Shown one piece after another: positions 24,779-36,127 of a stretch of DNA of 64,000 nucleotides. A model generated the notes under the pieces. The model did not search any database. It was given only the letters and a program-made list of their open reading frames with translations, and was not told the DNA's origin. The number at the start of each line of letters is the position of its first letter. The first letter of the stretch is position 1. The translations under genes were made by a program, and so were the position numbers. Source of the stretch: Basidiobolus meristosporus CBS 931.73 (Eukaryota; Fungi; Basidiobolomycota); NCBI GenBank assembly GCA_002104905.1, contig MCFE01000338.1, forward strand, positions 28,228 through 92,227, in the 5' to 3' direction.

Positions 24779-25707
24779 CTAATCTCTCTTCTTGAATCTT
24801 TTCTTGAAATGCTTCCTGCCTCCAGCTTGTTTGGTTTCTTGAACCTCCAAGAACTTGCGCTTGAAGTAGCGTTTGGAATCGGTGTCAGCCATAAGCTCGC
24901 CCAGGATGGTTTCCTTGCGCTCTCTGCGCGTGAGACGAGCAGAGTAGAACTCTCCTGCACCCTCGATGATGGTTCCAACCTGGGAAAGACGAGAAAGGTT
25001 GGTACGGGTGCTGGTACATGGAAATCATTGCAAAGGTGAAGAGTACCTGGAAGTATTTTGGAAGTTCTTTGCTGTTATCCTTCTTGTAATGACGCTTAGG
25101 ATCCAAAACATTTCTCAGCTTGATCAAAGTCAAATCCCTCTTCAACTCGTCGGTGATATCAGGTGCGGGCATGTCGAACCATTTCGCGCCAGCAGTCTTT
25201 TCCTTTTCCTAATGGCATCCAGATTGAGTCAAACTAACTCATTGTTGGGGAACTACTTCAAACGCAATCGGCAATACCTTGGCAAGTTCTTTTCTGGTTG
25301 GCAACTCAGCCTTCAATAATTTCCGAGTTGGGAGCTTTTCGAGTGCCTTAGTTTGCTCAGCAGAAGCATCGTCATCTTCCAAGGCCACGGCAGTATTCTT
25401 CATTTTAGAGACTCCCTTTTTTTTGGTCTCGATGTAAAGGTTCTCTTTGATTTTCAATCCAGAATCGAGCGAAGGGAACCTGTTATCTAGTTAAAAAATC
25501 TGCATATTTATCAGCTCTAGAAGCTACGCATAGATACCTCATGAGAGAAGGTTTCGGTTGTTTTCTGTAAGGTGGAGATGGTTTAGAATCTGGGTGATTT
25601 GCAGTAATTAGTGGTGTCGCAGCTTACTTGTTTTCCTGAGATTTCAAGTTCTGAGCAGCTGCATTGAGCAAAGCATCCAATTCAGTATCCTCGAACAGCG
25701 CAGCCAT
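24779..25707 (-). CDS. FCF2: rRNA-processing protein FCF2, multi-exon
   Basis: KTAGAKWFDMPAP, ELKRDLTLIKLRNVLDPKRHYKK, PKYFQ/VGTIIEG...EFYSARLTRRERK. Confidence 0.92.
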
Positions 25708-26165
25708 GTTAACAGAAATGTACTAAGGAAAGTAGCAGTGTCGACTGGAGCCCAACACTTTAAACTCTGGTTAAATTCGTTTTCATCAAGTACACCATCT
25801 CCCAATGTTAGGAATTTTCTTTTTTTTTCTTTCTGGTCATAGTGGTAGGATTCATTCATGACGATTCCAGAATATTTGATTCCCGTCAAAACCCCCATTA
25901 GATTTATTCTGTTGTTCCCGAATAATTGAGGACCAACACCACCACACGAATATACAGATACCAACTTAGGGTCAAACCAGAGGTAGGAGTAACCAAATTC
26001 TACCTAGTCATTGCCCACGTATTGTCGTGAAATGTCATCTAACATGAAGTGGTTACTGAACATGAACAACATCCGAGGAGAACATGACTTTAATAATGCG
26101 AATAAAGTTGGAACAAAGTGAAGTGTTTATGAGAAAAAGACGATTTTCAGTATCTAGCGATTTCC

Positions 26166-26642
26166 CTAGAACTAAACGAGAAACCAACAACGAGGTGTTA
26201 GGTGAGGTGAATATAGATATAGACCAACGCCAGAAAAGAGAACGTGTACTCACATCAGCCAAAGTGTCCTTGATTTCTCTAGGGCCACGGACCTTGTTGG
26301 TGCGAAGGGATTTGAGATAGGCAAGTGCGAGGTGACGGCAGTTCTCGTAGTGGTTAACACCTTGAGTTCTATAACATTCACGAAGTTTCTTTTTGACGAT
26401 TCTCTCTTCCATTAATTTAACCCAGTCCTCACGAACCCTTTGGTTACGAGCAGCCAAGACAGCTAAAGACAGCAAAATCCAAGCGGAGGCAAAGCTTGGT
26501 TACATGGATGCACTTCTCGAACAGAGATAACTTAAGATATCTGGCTATTACCTTCGCGGTCATCTTTGTCGACCTCCTCAATTTCAGGGACTTTGGGGTA
26601 GGTTTTGTGTTCGGGGTATTTCCAGCTCTCAGTGGCACTCAT
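26166..26642 (-). CDS. NDUFB10: NADH:ubiquinone oxidoreductase 12-kDa subunit (NDUFB10); last exon boundary uncertain
   Basis: AARNQRVREDWVKLMEERIVKKKLRECYRTQGVNHYENCRHLALAY. Confidence 0.88.
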
Positions 26643-27040
26643 GGTTTTTGTAAATCACTTTGATGGGGAGGTTAAAGATATAAATAAAAAAGAAAGCGAC
26701 AGAGTTTCTTTCGTGGTTGAGAAATAATTACTGGGCTCACCTTTTGAAAGCTCTCGCCAATTTTCCACCAAGAAGGGTATTTCATCTGGCTCTCAATTCG
26801 AGTAAAAGTTGGAGCCCCATAAGCTTCCCCATCGCAATATGCGGATCTGACTCACCCCATGACCTTGGGAGTTATGCAAGAAATAATCCCACTTCGTCTA
26901 TCGGTACATAAACATATTCAGGATAGATTGAAATCCAAGTCACGTTCTTTTGTTTCTTTTTTTCTCTCAAGATTTTGGGTGTGAAGTATCTGGCTTTCGG
27001 TGTACAGTCAATCCCTCTCTATTTTTTGGAAACTCTCACC

Positions 27041-28063
27041 ATGCCTCGCCAAGACGACGAAGAGATCTCTTTCGAACAACTAGCTAGAATCCAAAAGGAA
27101 ATCGGCCTGAAAGAATTCCACAAAAAATTCAGAACGAAAGCACAAGAGGAAAGTGACGACGACGACGACGACGAGGAAGAGGTGGACATCAACAGCTCTG
27201 ATGAGTTTTCTGAAGAATCCGACTCCGCTCCCGAAGAGGTCACCACCTCCAAGAAAGGAAGAGGAAGCAAGAAGAAGTACTCAAGAGTCCCTCTACTTCT
27301 CTTCAACGAGCCTCGACTAATCAGTGTTCTCGGAATTTTCGTTTAGGCCCATGGAAGTCACTTCGAAGAGACCGGTCAGTCGCTTCAGAAATGTTGTAGA
27401 GGGGCCAAAACTAGTACGTGTTATCATTTATTCTGCCGCCTGTCTCGTTCTACCTGGACTAACCCCCTTTCTTCTACAAGAAAACTCGTGATCCCCGCTT
27501 CGATAACCTATCTGGAAAATTGAATGAGGAGATGTTTGGTAAATCCTATCAATTTTTGGAGAACTACAAGTCCGATGAGCTGAGAATGCTCCGTGAGTCC
27601 ATCGCTAAAGAGAGAGATCCTAAGCAAGTGGAGAAACTGAAGAGTCAGCTTCAGAGAATGGTATGTTGATGGAAACCCCAGCCCCGTAGGAGCATGGCGC
27701 GCTGACAACCCAGTTCTTTTTAGCAATCCCAACAAGCGGCCATGAAGGAGAAACATCGCAAACAAGAAATCAAGCACAGTAGAAAGAAGGCCGAAATGGA
27801 GATGGTTTCCAAGGGAAAGAAGCCATTCTTCTTGAAGAGATGTACGTATTTGTTCAAGTACCCAATCCGACTCTTCTTATAACAGCCTGCTGACACCTTC
27901 CCTTCCAGCCGAGCTCAAGAAACTGGAGCTTGTTGATAAATTCAAAAATCTCAAGGAAGCCGGTAGCATTGACAAGGTTATCGAGAAGCGCAGAAAACAC
28001 AATGCCGCCAAACAACACAAACGCATCCCCTTCAAGAGAAGAAGAACCGAAGGCGATCAATAA
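27041..28063 (+). CDS. RRP36: rRNA biogenesis protein RRP36, multi-exon
   Basis: ISFEQL; PMEVTSKRPVSRFR; RDPRFDNLSGKLNEEMFGKSYQFL; GKKPFFLK; KVIEKRRKHNAAK. Confidence 0.92.
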
Positions 28064-28455
28064 TCCAGCAGCCATCTATGATATTCTCATTTGTATTTTA
28101 ATCTTGTTTTTGAGCTTAGAAGAATAGCAAATATGCTCGGGAATGTTTAGCTTAATTTATTGTGTTGCCTCATCAAATGTATAGTGAAGTAAAATAAGGT
28201 TCATTTGCTCTGACCATTGTTGTTTGTAATGCTTGGAATGTTGGGGCTGCGATTATTGATTACGACGGTGTTAGCATGTACGTAAGAATATATAGCTACA
28301 ATTACCGCCAGCTCATACATGGCTGAGTAGACTAGAATATCTAGTGCATAATAATCCACGCTGTAGTAATTTAAACCAAGAATTGCCAACATAATGAATA
28401 CCCCTCTTGACTGATGAAATCGTCAGTGACATCAAGCTCTGTGTATTACATTTCA

Positions 28456-28647
28456 ATGAGGTTTACCACCATCCTCTTGCTCTCGGTCTCCGCCGCATCT
28501 TTACTCGCAGCATCACCCATGGACCGGGTGACCACAAACGGTGTCAGAGAAATCCGCTATTGGGAAAGTGAACAATCCCCGGATGGGATATCTGTGGAGA
28601 GCTCTGTTGGTAAGGATGGAAAGGACGGCAAAGACGGTGAATCCTAA
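28456..28647 (+). CDS. Small secreted peptide (63 aa) with C-terminal GKD triplets
   Basis: MRFTTILLLSVSAASLLAASP signal peptide; ends GKDGKDGKDGES. Confidence 0.5.
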   Translation: MRFTTILLLSVSAASLLAASPMDRVTTNGVREIRYWESEQSPDGISVESSVGKDGKDGKDGES

Positions 28648-28907
28648 CTTGCATTTGACGATGTGGCTTCTCCAGCTTCATAATATATTCATATTATTTT
28701 GGAAGATAGTTTAGTCCCAATTGTAGAGCAAATCCACGATAAGATCTACCAAAATAAACACTCCTGAAACCATGGAGCGATGATCCTTTACTTATATCTT
28801 TGGGATGTTTCCAATAATCATATCGCTATTCTTATAAGGCAGCCTCTCTATACCTGGTTTCGTAGAAATGACCAGGCCCAAGGAATGCTCACGTTGATTC
28901 CTATTCC

Positions 28908-29380
28908 CTATACCTCCTCCAACGGCTCCTCCTCCAGGATCCTATTCAGCTCTGTGTATGAGCGATACTCTCGCCGAGACCGTAAACGAGCGTCAGCCGC
29001 GGCGGATGCTCCAAGGAAGACAGAACTACCAAGCAGGTTTGCCTTTATGAAGGAAAAAGGTGAAGTAAGCAACAACTCGGGAAATATTAGCAAATAGTAC
29101 TCTTTACGCAAATATCAAGCCAGTCGAATTGCTTATACGGCAATAACCCTTGAACAAACTCGCTCGAAAGGCCTAGGGCGAGCGCGGCGAGTGCGGCTCT
29201 CATAACATTTTGAGCCAGAGTGGGGGAATTTAGGAAGAAGTAGATAAGTGAAGTCAGGAATCCAAAGCAAAAGAAGTGTAGGACTTTGTCGTTAATCTCT
29301 ACCTCCAGCCCAGGTGCGAAACCAAGAAATGCCATAAAAAGGCACCAAACTACGATGACCACGCCCAGAATCCACCTCAT
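28908..29380 (-). CDS. VanZ-like membrane protein, 2 exons
   Basis: NDKVLHFFCFG, SEFVQGLLPYKQFDWLDI, spliced to ANLLGS. Confidence 0.85.
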
Positions 29381-29540
29381 TGACCGAAACGTGGCATTTA
29401 ACAGCGTTAGGCTGCAAGCACGAAGCAATTCACGGCTTTAATACGTTGTGATCGGATAACGAGATTTCTGGAGCGCTCCAAACTATTCGCATAAAATTAG
29501 TCACGAGTGCTCGGTTTCGGATAAGCATTGGTGGTGACAG

Positions 29541-29622
29541 AATCTGAATAGCCTTAACCTCGAAGTTGACCTCTTGCTATTCAATAGCAGAGATCAACTT
29601 CGAGGTTAAGGTTATTCAGATT
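29541..29622. repeat. 82-nt near-perfect hairpin (40/39-bp arms, 3-nt loop)
   Basis: aatctgaatagccttaacctcgaagttgacctcttgctat-tca-atagcagagatcaacttcgaggttaaggttattcagatt; 2 mismatches and 1 bulge. Confidence 0.9.
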
Positions 29623-29907
29623 GAGTAGGTGGTTCAATGACGAGGAAAGCAAAGTGTTGACTTCAGGTCACGTGGGAAGCAATTTAAACAATGAATGAAA
29701 ATGAACCAATCCAATCAACCCATGTAAGAGATCATGCTAGCGAGGACGCAAAAGAATCAACGTAATGTAACAATCAGACACTCATCAGGGTCAAGCCCAT
29801 ACTTAGCAAGTTACTTTTCTAGTTTTGCTGTTGTCCTTTCTCTTTGCTAGGTTACCTCAAGAACAGTGAAGGTTAAATTCGAAACCTAACTCGCACATAT
29901 CTCCATC

Positions 29908-30641
29908 ATGAAGAGTCTTACTGCTTTCGTGGCTCTTTTGAGTGTCTATATTACTCTTTTCTTGTCCACCTACACTCCAACCGTGCAAGCGACCGCTTTG
30001 ACATACTGGGTGCCTGCTAATGATAAAGCTTGTTTTTATGCTTGGGTAGATGCTGAAGGAAAGAAGGTTTCCTTCTATTTCGCGGTAAGCTAAACATAGA
30101 TTGGCCCTTGTTATTACCACTGCTTCTTGGAGTACTCATGAAAGCAATCTCCATCGAACAGGTGCAAACCGGTGGTAATTTCGATATCGACTACGAGATC
30201 TTAGACCCTAGATCACGCATCGTCGCCAAGGGCGAGAAGGAACGCCAGGGTGATATGGTATTCACTGGTAACGAGGTGGGAGAATACAGCTTCTGCTTCA
30301 GCAACGGCATGTCTACCTTTGCTGAGAAGCTGGTCGATTTCGACATCAGCGTTGAAAACGAAGTGAAGGCCATGTTGCCCCATAGACAAACCTTGGAAGA
30401 ACACCACACCAACCCTACTGAAGAATCCATTACCCGTATCGGTGGCTCTTTACACAACATTAACCGTATGCAGAAGTATTTCCGCACACGTGAGAACAGA
30501 AATTTTGCTACCGTGGAGTCCACCGAGTCCCGTATCTTCTGGTTCTCACTTCTAGAGTGCGCCCTTATTGTTGGTATTGCATCTCTCCAGGTCTTCGCCA
30601 TCCGTATGCTTTTCGCCACCAACAAGAAGGGTCACATTTAA
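29908..30641 (+). CDS. p24/TMED (GOLD domain) ER-Golgi cargo receptor, 2 exons
   Basis: Signal peptide, KACFY, FYFAV/QTGGNFDIDY, YSFCFSNGMSTFAEKLVDF, YFRTRENRN, TM segment, KK near the C-terminus. Confidence 0.92.
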
Positions 30642-31589
30642 TCGGTCCATCCGGTGCTTCCTGCTTATCTATTCTGTCAAGTAACCAATCTAGAGTCGAC
30701 TTTAGTGGTTCTTCTTTTAGTTACATTGGGATCCTCTGGGCTCTAAAAATCGCTTACAATGTATCTTTCCCAGAACACTTCGTAATTATTAAAAAATCTC
30801 TTTTCATAATGAATAAGCTGCGCCAAAGCAGAGCACCGTCGGAGGGGCGTAAATAACTCACTCCACGTTAGCATCATTTGTAAGATGTTGATTAGGTGAA
30901 TGGGGGGGGAATCCTGTTGTACTACCCCAAATTGCCCAATAACCATCCAAGATCATTCGCTTAACTGGCTACGATGCGTTCTACGATGCATATATGCCAA
31001 ATCCATTGGAGAAGCAGGGAGTGTTCTGAATTTTGAAACCATCATTGGCTCGTTGAAGGTGCATCGGACGTATCCGTGTGGACGAGAGTATTTCTCTATG
31101 CAAACTTTGCTCTCTATCTGGATGCACTCAACCTCTGACCAAACCCGTTGCTCCATGATACACAAAATCGAATCTGCTGCAACACAAGTAAGAATCCTGT
31201 TTGGTTCCTTGAGGAAGAAGATGTCACACTCTAGACAAATTGAAACAGCCGCTTGACTGGTTGATCCAAACAGATCGGCAATCTATAGCGACGTCAATGA
31301 GCATGATAGGACTATCAAAAAAGCTCGAACAAATCCGAGTAGCAGGAACGGAGGTCAAGGCAGGCGAGTGGCTGCATGATCGAGGAGTGGATTATGGGTG
31401 TCAACATTGGGTTTATTTCTGTTCGAGTTTTATGAGTCTGACAGGCAGATAAAGGCTAGAACAGCGAACTGCTCAACCAAATCGAAGTGGGAGGATTGAG
31501 AGCGGTAGGGTATGAGTTGTTGCACAAAAACGAATAGGAATATCAAAATGCTTGTTTCTTGTATGGTCAAGGAGATGGCTTCCGGGAGT

Positions 31590-32069
31590 TTATTGGTCTT
31601 GTGGGAGATGAACGAAGCCAGAACCCTTGTAACCTTCGGAGGTGATACCAGTGAGGGGATTGGCCTTTTGTTCCTTCATCCTCTCATTGGTAGCCTCTTG
31701 CCATTCCTTGGTAAGAGTATGAGGAGCAGGCTGTCCGGCTTGGCGAATGAGGTAGAAGAGACCGGTAGAGATAGCAAGAACTGCAACAACACCGTTGAAG
31801 ATCTTGATACCATCACCCTTCTCCAAAGGAGCCTTACGAAGGCCGTGGGGGCCAAAGGCAAGCCAGTAGGCGGCTTGCTTTTGGTCGAGGCTCAAGGCCT
31901 TCCAATCACCCTTTTGGGCCTCAACGATCTTGTTGTAGATTTTGGCCTTCTCCTCTTGAGCAAGGGTCTTCCATGAGCTACGGATGTTGTTCAAGGCAGG
32001 AGTGGAGGCAGTGGAAGCAGAGCGGGCGAAAGCTCTCTTGGCGTTAACGGAGGCAATGCGGGCGAACAT
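31590..32069 (-). CDS. COX5: Cytochrome c oxidase subunit IV (yeast Cox5)
   Basis: QKGDWKALSLDQKQAAYWLAFGPHG, TM helix, TLTKEWQEATNE, NPLTGITSEGYKG. Confidence 0.95.
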   Translation of the reverse strand: MFARIASVNAKRAFARSASTASTPALNNIRSSWKTLAQEEKAKIYNKIVEAQKGDWKALSLDQKQAAYWLAFGPHGLRKAPLEKGDGIKIFNGVVAVLAISTGLFYLIRQAGQPAPHTLTKEWQEATNERMKEQKANPLTGITSEGYKGSGFVHLPQDQ

Positions 32070-32823
32070 GTTGGAGAACTGCGAATGACGCGAAAAAAAA
32101 AGGCAAGGCAAAAGTCAGTCCACTGAGATACGTCATATCGAAACACTACAATACGGAGTCCGTTAAATTTCCACCTACCAAATGATTATTCGGTCCGGTT
32201 GAGTAACAAAGAACGAAACAGCAACCCTACTCGTTTAGTAGGCTTTTCTACCCCTCCGATTTCCCCAGCTTTTTCGGCACCCTACTTGAATATAGAAATT
32301 TTTTCGACTCATCTACACTCAGGAACGCTATGTATCCATTGTAAAGCTTGATTCAATGGAAGGCTCTCTCGCCCCAATTTTTCGCCCTACTCCCCACCCT
32401 GAATCTCTCCCCCGAAATAGGGTAATGGCCCGACCTAGACCTCAGCATCCATTATCCAAATGATGTCACACCAATTGGTGAGAACGGCCCTTCATTTCGA
32501 CCATTTGCTGGCGAGGAAGACGATGATATGTTGAGGGTGTTTGCGGTGTTTAAGTGCAGTGGATGAACACTGACAGGAGACGTCGATGGTGCCCACATAT
32601 AGCATATAAACAAGTCCAATTTGGATTCGCGAGGATTTGAAATAGCTCTTGCACCAGGCCATTTGTGGAAGGTTGCACCAACTGTAATTCCCTTAACTGA
32701 TGCGCTGCTTCATGCGGTAGCGACGAACAAACAGCCAAGTATTTGAAATCAAGCGCAACCGGGACGCGGTTATAAGCGACGGATCCCTGAGCTGCTGCCC
32801 TCATTCCCAACTTCATTTTAACC

Positions 32824-33393
32824 ATGAGCCCCAGACAACACCATGTATTGACCTCTGAGGAGGAAAAGGAGCATCGCCAACGAGTGACCGTTGCCGGACT
32901 TCAGGGGGCTGCGGCAGGGGCAGTCATTGGTTTGGGGGTGTTGGCCCTTGGACGACGAAATCTCAGTTACTTTCAAACCATGACACCTCGGTTGAGATCG
33001 TATTTTGTTGGATATGCTGTGGTGGGTGCGGCAATCTATCAGGGGGAGAGGGTTCACTTCCAGGTGCTCCGGGAGTTCCAGCAGGCTGACCTGATCGCAA
33101 GAGGCTTGGAATCGCCCAAGCCAGCAGCTGATTCGTTCGACTGGAGACAGTATGTTGCTGAGCACAGATACGGGATCATCGGAACCACTTGGGCTGTTGG
33201 CATGACGGCCTCGATGTTCTACTTGGCCAGGCAGAGATACCTAACCATGTCTCAAAAGATTGTGCAGGCCAGAATGTACGCACAAGCCATTACTTTAATC
33301 AGTTTGACTGCCACCGCAGGTGTTTCCATGTCGAAGACCGAGAAGATCACCAAGAGAATCGAGGACGAAGCTAAGAAGCCTTGGGAGATTTAA
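32824..33393 (+). CDS. RCF2: Respiratory supercomplex factor 2 (HIG1 domain)
   Basis: EHRYGIIGTTWAVGM, TMSQKIVQARMYAQAITL; N-terminal TM pair. Confidence 0.88.
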   Translation: MSPRQHHVLTSEEEKEHRQRVTVAGLQGAAAGAVIGLGVLALGRRNLSYFQTMTPRLRSYFVGYAVVGAAIYQGERVHFQVLREFQQADLIARGLESPKPAADSFDWRQYVAEHRYGIIGTTWAVGMTASMFYLARQRYLTMSQKIVQARMYAQAITLISLTATAGVSMSKTEKITKRIEDEAKKPWEI

Positions 33394-33660
33394 TCCTCAC
33401 CGTTCCATTACGCATGTATCATACCTATACCTCGATTTGCAATAACCATCAGTATATGCAGCCACATACAATACTACATAATAGTTGTACCGCATCATGA
33501 ATTATTAAACAAAGATTCCCATAATGTTGATCGATTCCCTCAAACCCTAACCCTGATTTCAATCCCTCCCCTGAAAAGAGTTTACCCACGTCTCATGAGG
33601 GTGGAAAATGTTCCCTTATGTTGGGATTCCCAGCTCGAACTCTTTTCATAGTATAGCAGG

Positions 33661-34275
33661 ATGTCTGACTCAGCAGCGCGAACAGTTGACCAACAACGCG
33701 ACGATGAGGTCGTCAGAATACTGGGCTGTTTCAAGTTGAATCCCTTCGAGATCCTAAGCCTGGATCCCGAGACCTGCACCAACGAAGACATCAAACTGAA
33801 CTATCGAAAGAAATCGCTCCTGATACATCCAGACAAATGCCACCATCCGGAAGCCCAAACCGCCTTCGATCTGCTTAAAAAAGCCGAGGTTGACGCCAAG
33901 ACCGACGAGAGGAAAGCCTTCATAACGAAGCTCCTTCTGGAGGCTAGGTTCGAAGTGAGCAAGGAGCAGGGGCTGAAACCGGATTCCGACAAGCTGAAAA
34001 AGGAATACAAACCTTTGGTCGAGCAGAAGCTGAAAAAGATCCTCATCGACATCGAGTGGAGAAAGCGAAAGCTACAAAAACTCGAGTTGGAGAGAGAGGG
34101 CGCGGAGGCGTCCAAGAAAGAGGAGGAAATCAACGAGAGAAAGCGAAAGGTTCAGGAGCAGAAGCAATGGGATGAAGGAAGAGAGGCGAGAGTGGGAAGC
34201 TGGCGAACCTTCCTGAACAAGAAAAGTAAAAAGAAGGGCGGGAACTTCAAGCCACCAAAGAGCGGCCCCAAGTGA
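33661..34275 (+). CDS. DNAJC8: J-domain co-chaperone, DNAJC8/Spf31 type
   Basis: FKLNPFEILSL, YRKKSLLIHPDK, AFDLL; basic C-terminus WDEGREARVGSWR. Confidence 0.9.
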   Translation: MSDSAARTVDQQRDDEVVRILGCFKLNPFEILSLDPETCTNEDIKLNYRKKSLLIHPDKCHHPEAQTAFDLLKKAEVDAKTDERKAFITKLLLEARFEVSKEQGLKPDSDKLKKEYKPLVEQKLKKILIDIEWRKRKLQKLELEREGAEASKKEEEINERKRKVQEQKQWDEGREARVGSWRTFLNKKSKKKGGNFKPPKSGPK

Positions 34276-34765
34276 ATTGGAACTGAGCCTGGACTTGAGC
34301 CTTTGGTCCATGTATATTAGTGCTAATCTAATTGTTGGCTTATACTCACGTCAGTTTTCTTGTATTATATATGAAATTCTAATTCAATAAATGTTTTCCG
34401 AGTTCTGTTGGTATTTTAGAATGAATGCTGGTGCATTTCATATTATTTGCATGGAACTGAACCACCGTTCGAAGTTGCTTTCCATGGATGATCGTCGGTG
34501 ATAATGCAGAGCTTCCGATGGTATACCTCTATGACGTTGATATAATGATCGATAATGTAGTCATTGTCATGAGCAGAGTATTAGGACAGTCGAGGCTGAT
34601 TTCAAACGTTAATCTGGACTTGGTATTGTTGCCCCAGGTGACATCAATCCCTAATAGATCTCTCTTCACAATGCGTATTGATCTAATTGAACATCCAGCC
34701 AAGCATTGGTTTATAAAGCAAGCGAGTGTTAGGACAGTTGTCGCAATCATCGTTGCTAACTTAAT

Positions 34766-35814
34766 ATGTACCTCAAGTGGATTTGGTTGTTCTTGACTCT
34801 GAGATTTTCCAGTGAGGCGTTCCCTTTTACTCGTCCAACTTCGGGTATTTTTGGTGGGTCGGAGGTAAATCCACCCTTCAGCTATCCCTGGATGGCTATG
34901 GTGTATGTCCGGACATCACAGACTCAGGCAACCTTCTGTGGTGGAACTCTGTTGGACAAGGAAACCATATTGACTGCTGCTCACTGTGTAGATATGGCGG
35001 CCTCTCCCGAGGTGGTTATGATCCACCTCCATCGCCATAATCGGACACGCTCGGTCAATGACGAGCACGGTTATGTAATCGGAGTGCGAGCAATCAATAT
35101 CCATCCAGAATGGGATCGTAGGAGACTAATCAATGACTGTAAAGAGAGCACCTTTCCGAGCGGCTCCAAACGAACCAACTCACTCACAACTTTTCATATG
35201 CAGATGCCGTTCTGAAGCTAAGCAAGCTCGCGCCTTACGGCAGTCCAATTCTGTTGGATGATGGCCAAGCATCCTCGCCTGGAGCCTTGGTGCGCACGCT
35301 GGGCTGGGGTAGATCGAGCGAACAGAGGACGGTTGACACCCTCCAACAAGCCAATCTACAGGTATTCACCAACAAGAAGTGCGAGGCTTATTTGGGGGGC
35401 TTCGACTCTCGCGTTGAACTCTGCGCTGGCACCGATGCGGGAGACGAAAGTAATCTACCATGATGGTCACTTACTCCGGAACACTTCCTAACCAATGGCT
35501 CAATCCATACAGACATATGCTTTGGTGACAGCGGTGGCCCGTTATTTCAAATTAATGATCAAGGGCTTCCCGTTTTGGTAGGCGTGACCAGCTTTACTCA
35601 GAACTGCGAACCAGGATTACCATCCGTAATGAGATTTCTTTTAGTGATCCTATTTACTCTCTATATTTGTAATCCATTTAATCATTAGGGATTCGCTAAA
35701 GTCTCGGCTAGGAAGGCTTGGATTGAAGGATTCATGGTTCCGCCATCGTTCAACACGAGAGCCGAGCCACGAGAGGAGGATTCCAGAAGTGGCGGGCTTC
35801 CTCTGTTCAAATAA
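34766..35814 (+). CDS. Secreted trypsin-like serine protease (S1), 4 exons
   Basis: IFGG, CGGTL, TAAHC, ND/AVLKL, LGWG, DICFGDSGGP (Asp S1 pocket), VGVTSF. Confidence 0.93.
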
Positions 35815-36127
35815 CTACTCTGAAGGTACCACGACTTTGGATGTGCAGAATGTTCGAGCAGTTCAAACATATAGAAGCTGTAGAGCCATTATGGTAACAA
35901 TAGCGCCCAATCAGTATACATTTAGATGGCGGGTAAATGTGTCAGGAACGTTCAAATTAAAATGCCTTTGTACTAGTAGTTGACGTGTCTTGATTAGTCT
36001 TCATTCGACTAAACATTGTCATAGTCCCCAAGTTGGAGGTCATAGTAGACTTATGGTTTCGTGTAAACGAGTCAGCAAACAATATACATTTATTCTTCCC
36101 AATATGTTCATCCAAGGCATCAGAATA

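Noticed and set aside
30950-31480. Possible minus-strand gene or TGA-readthrough (selenoprotein-like) frame
   Set aside because: No splice model joins the frames, there is no redox motif around the TGAs and no SECIS-like element was seen.
32577-32600. GDVDGAHI, resembling the type II topoisomerase DxDGxHI motif
   Set aside because: Immediately flanked by stops with no surrounding homology; chance match.
33544-33555. accctaaccctg telomere-like repeat
   Set aside because: Under two full units; expected by chance.
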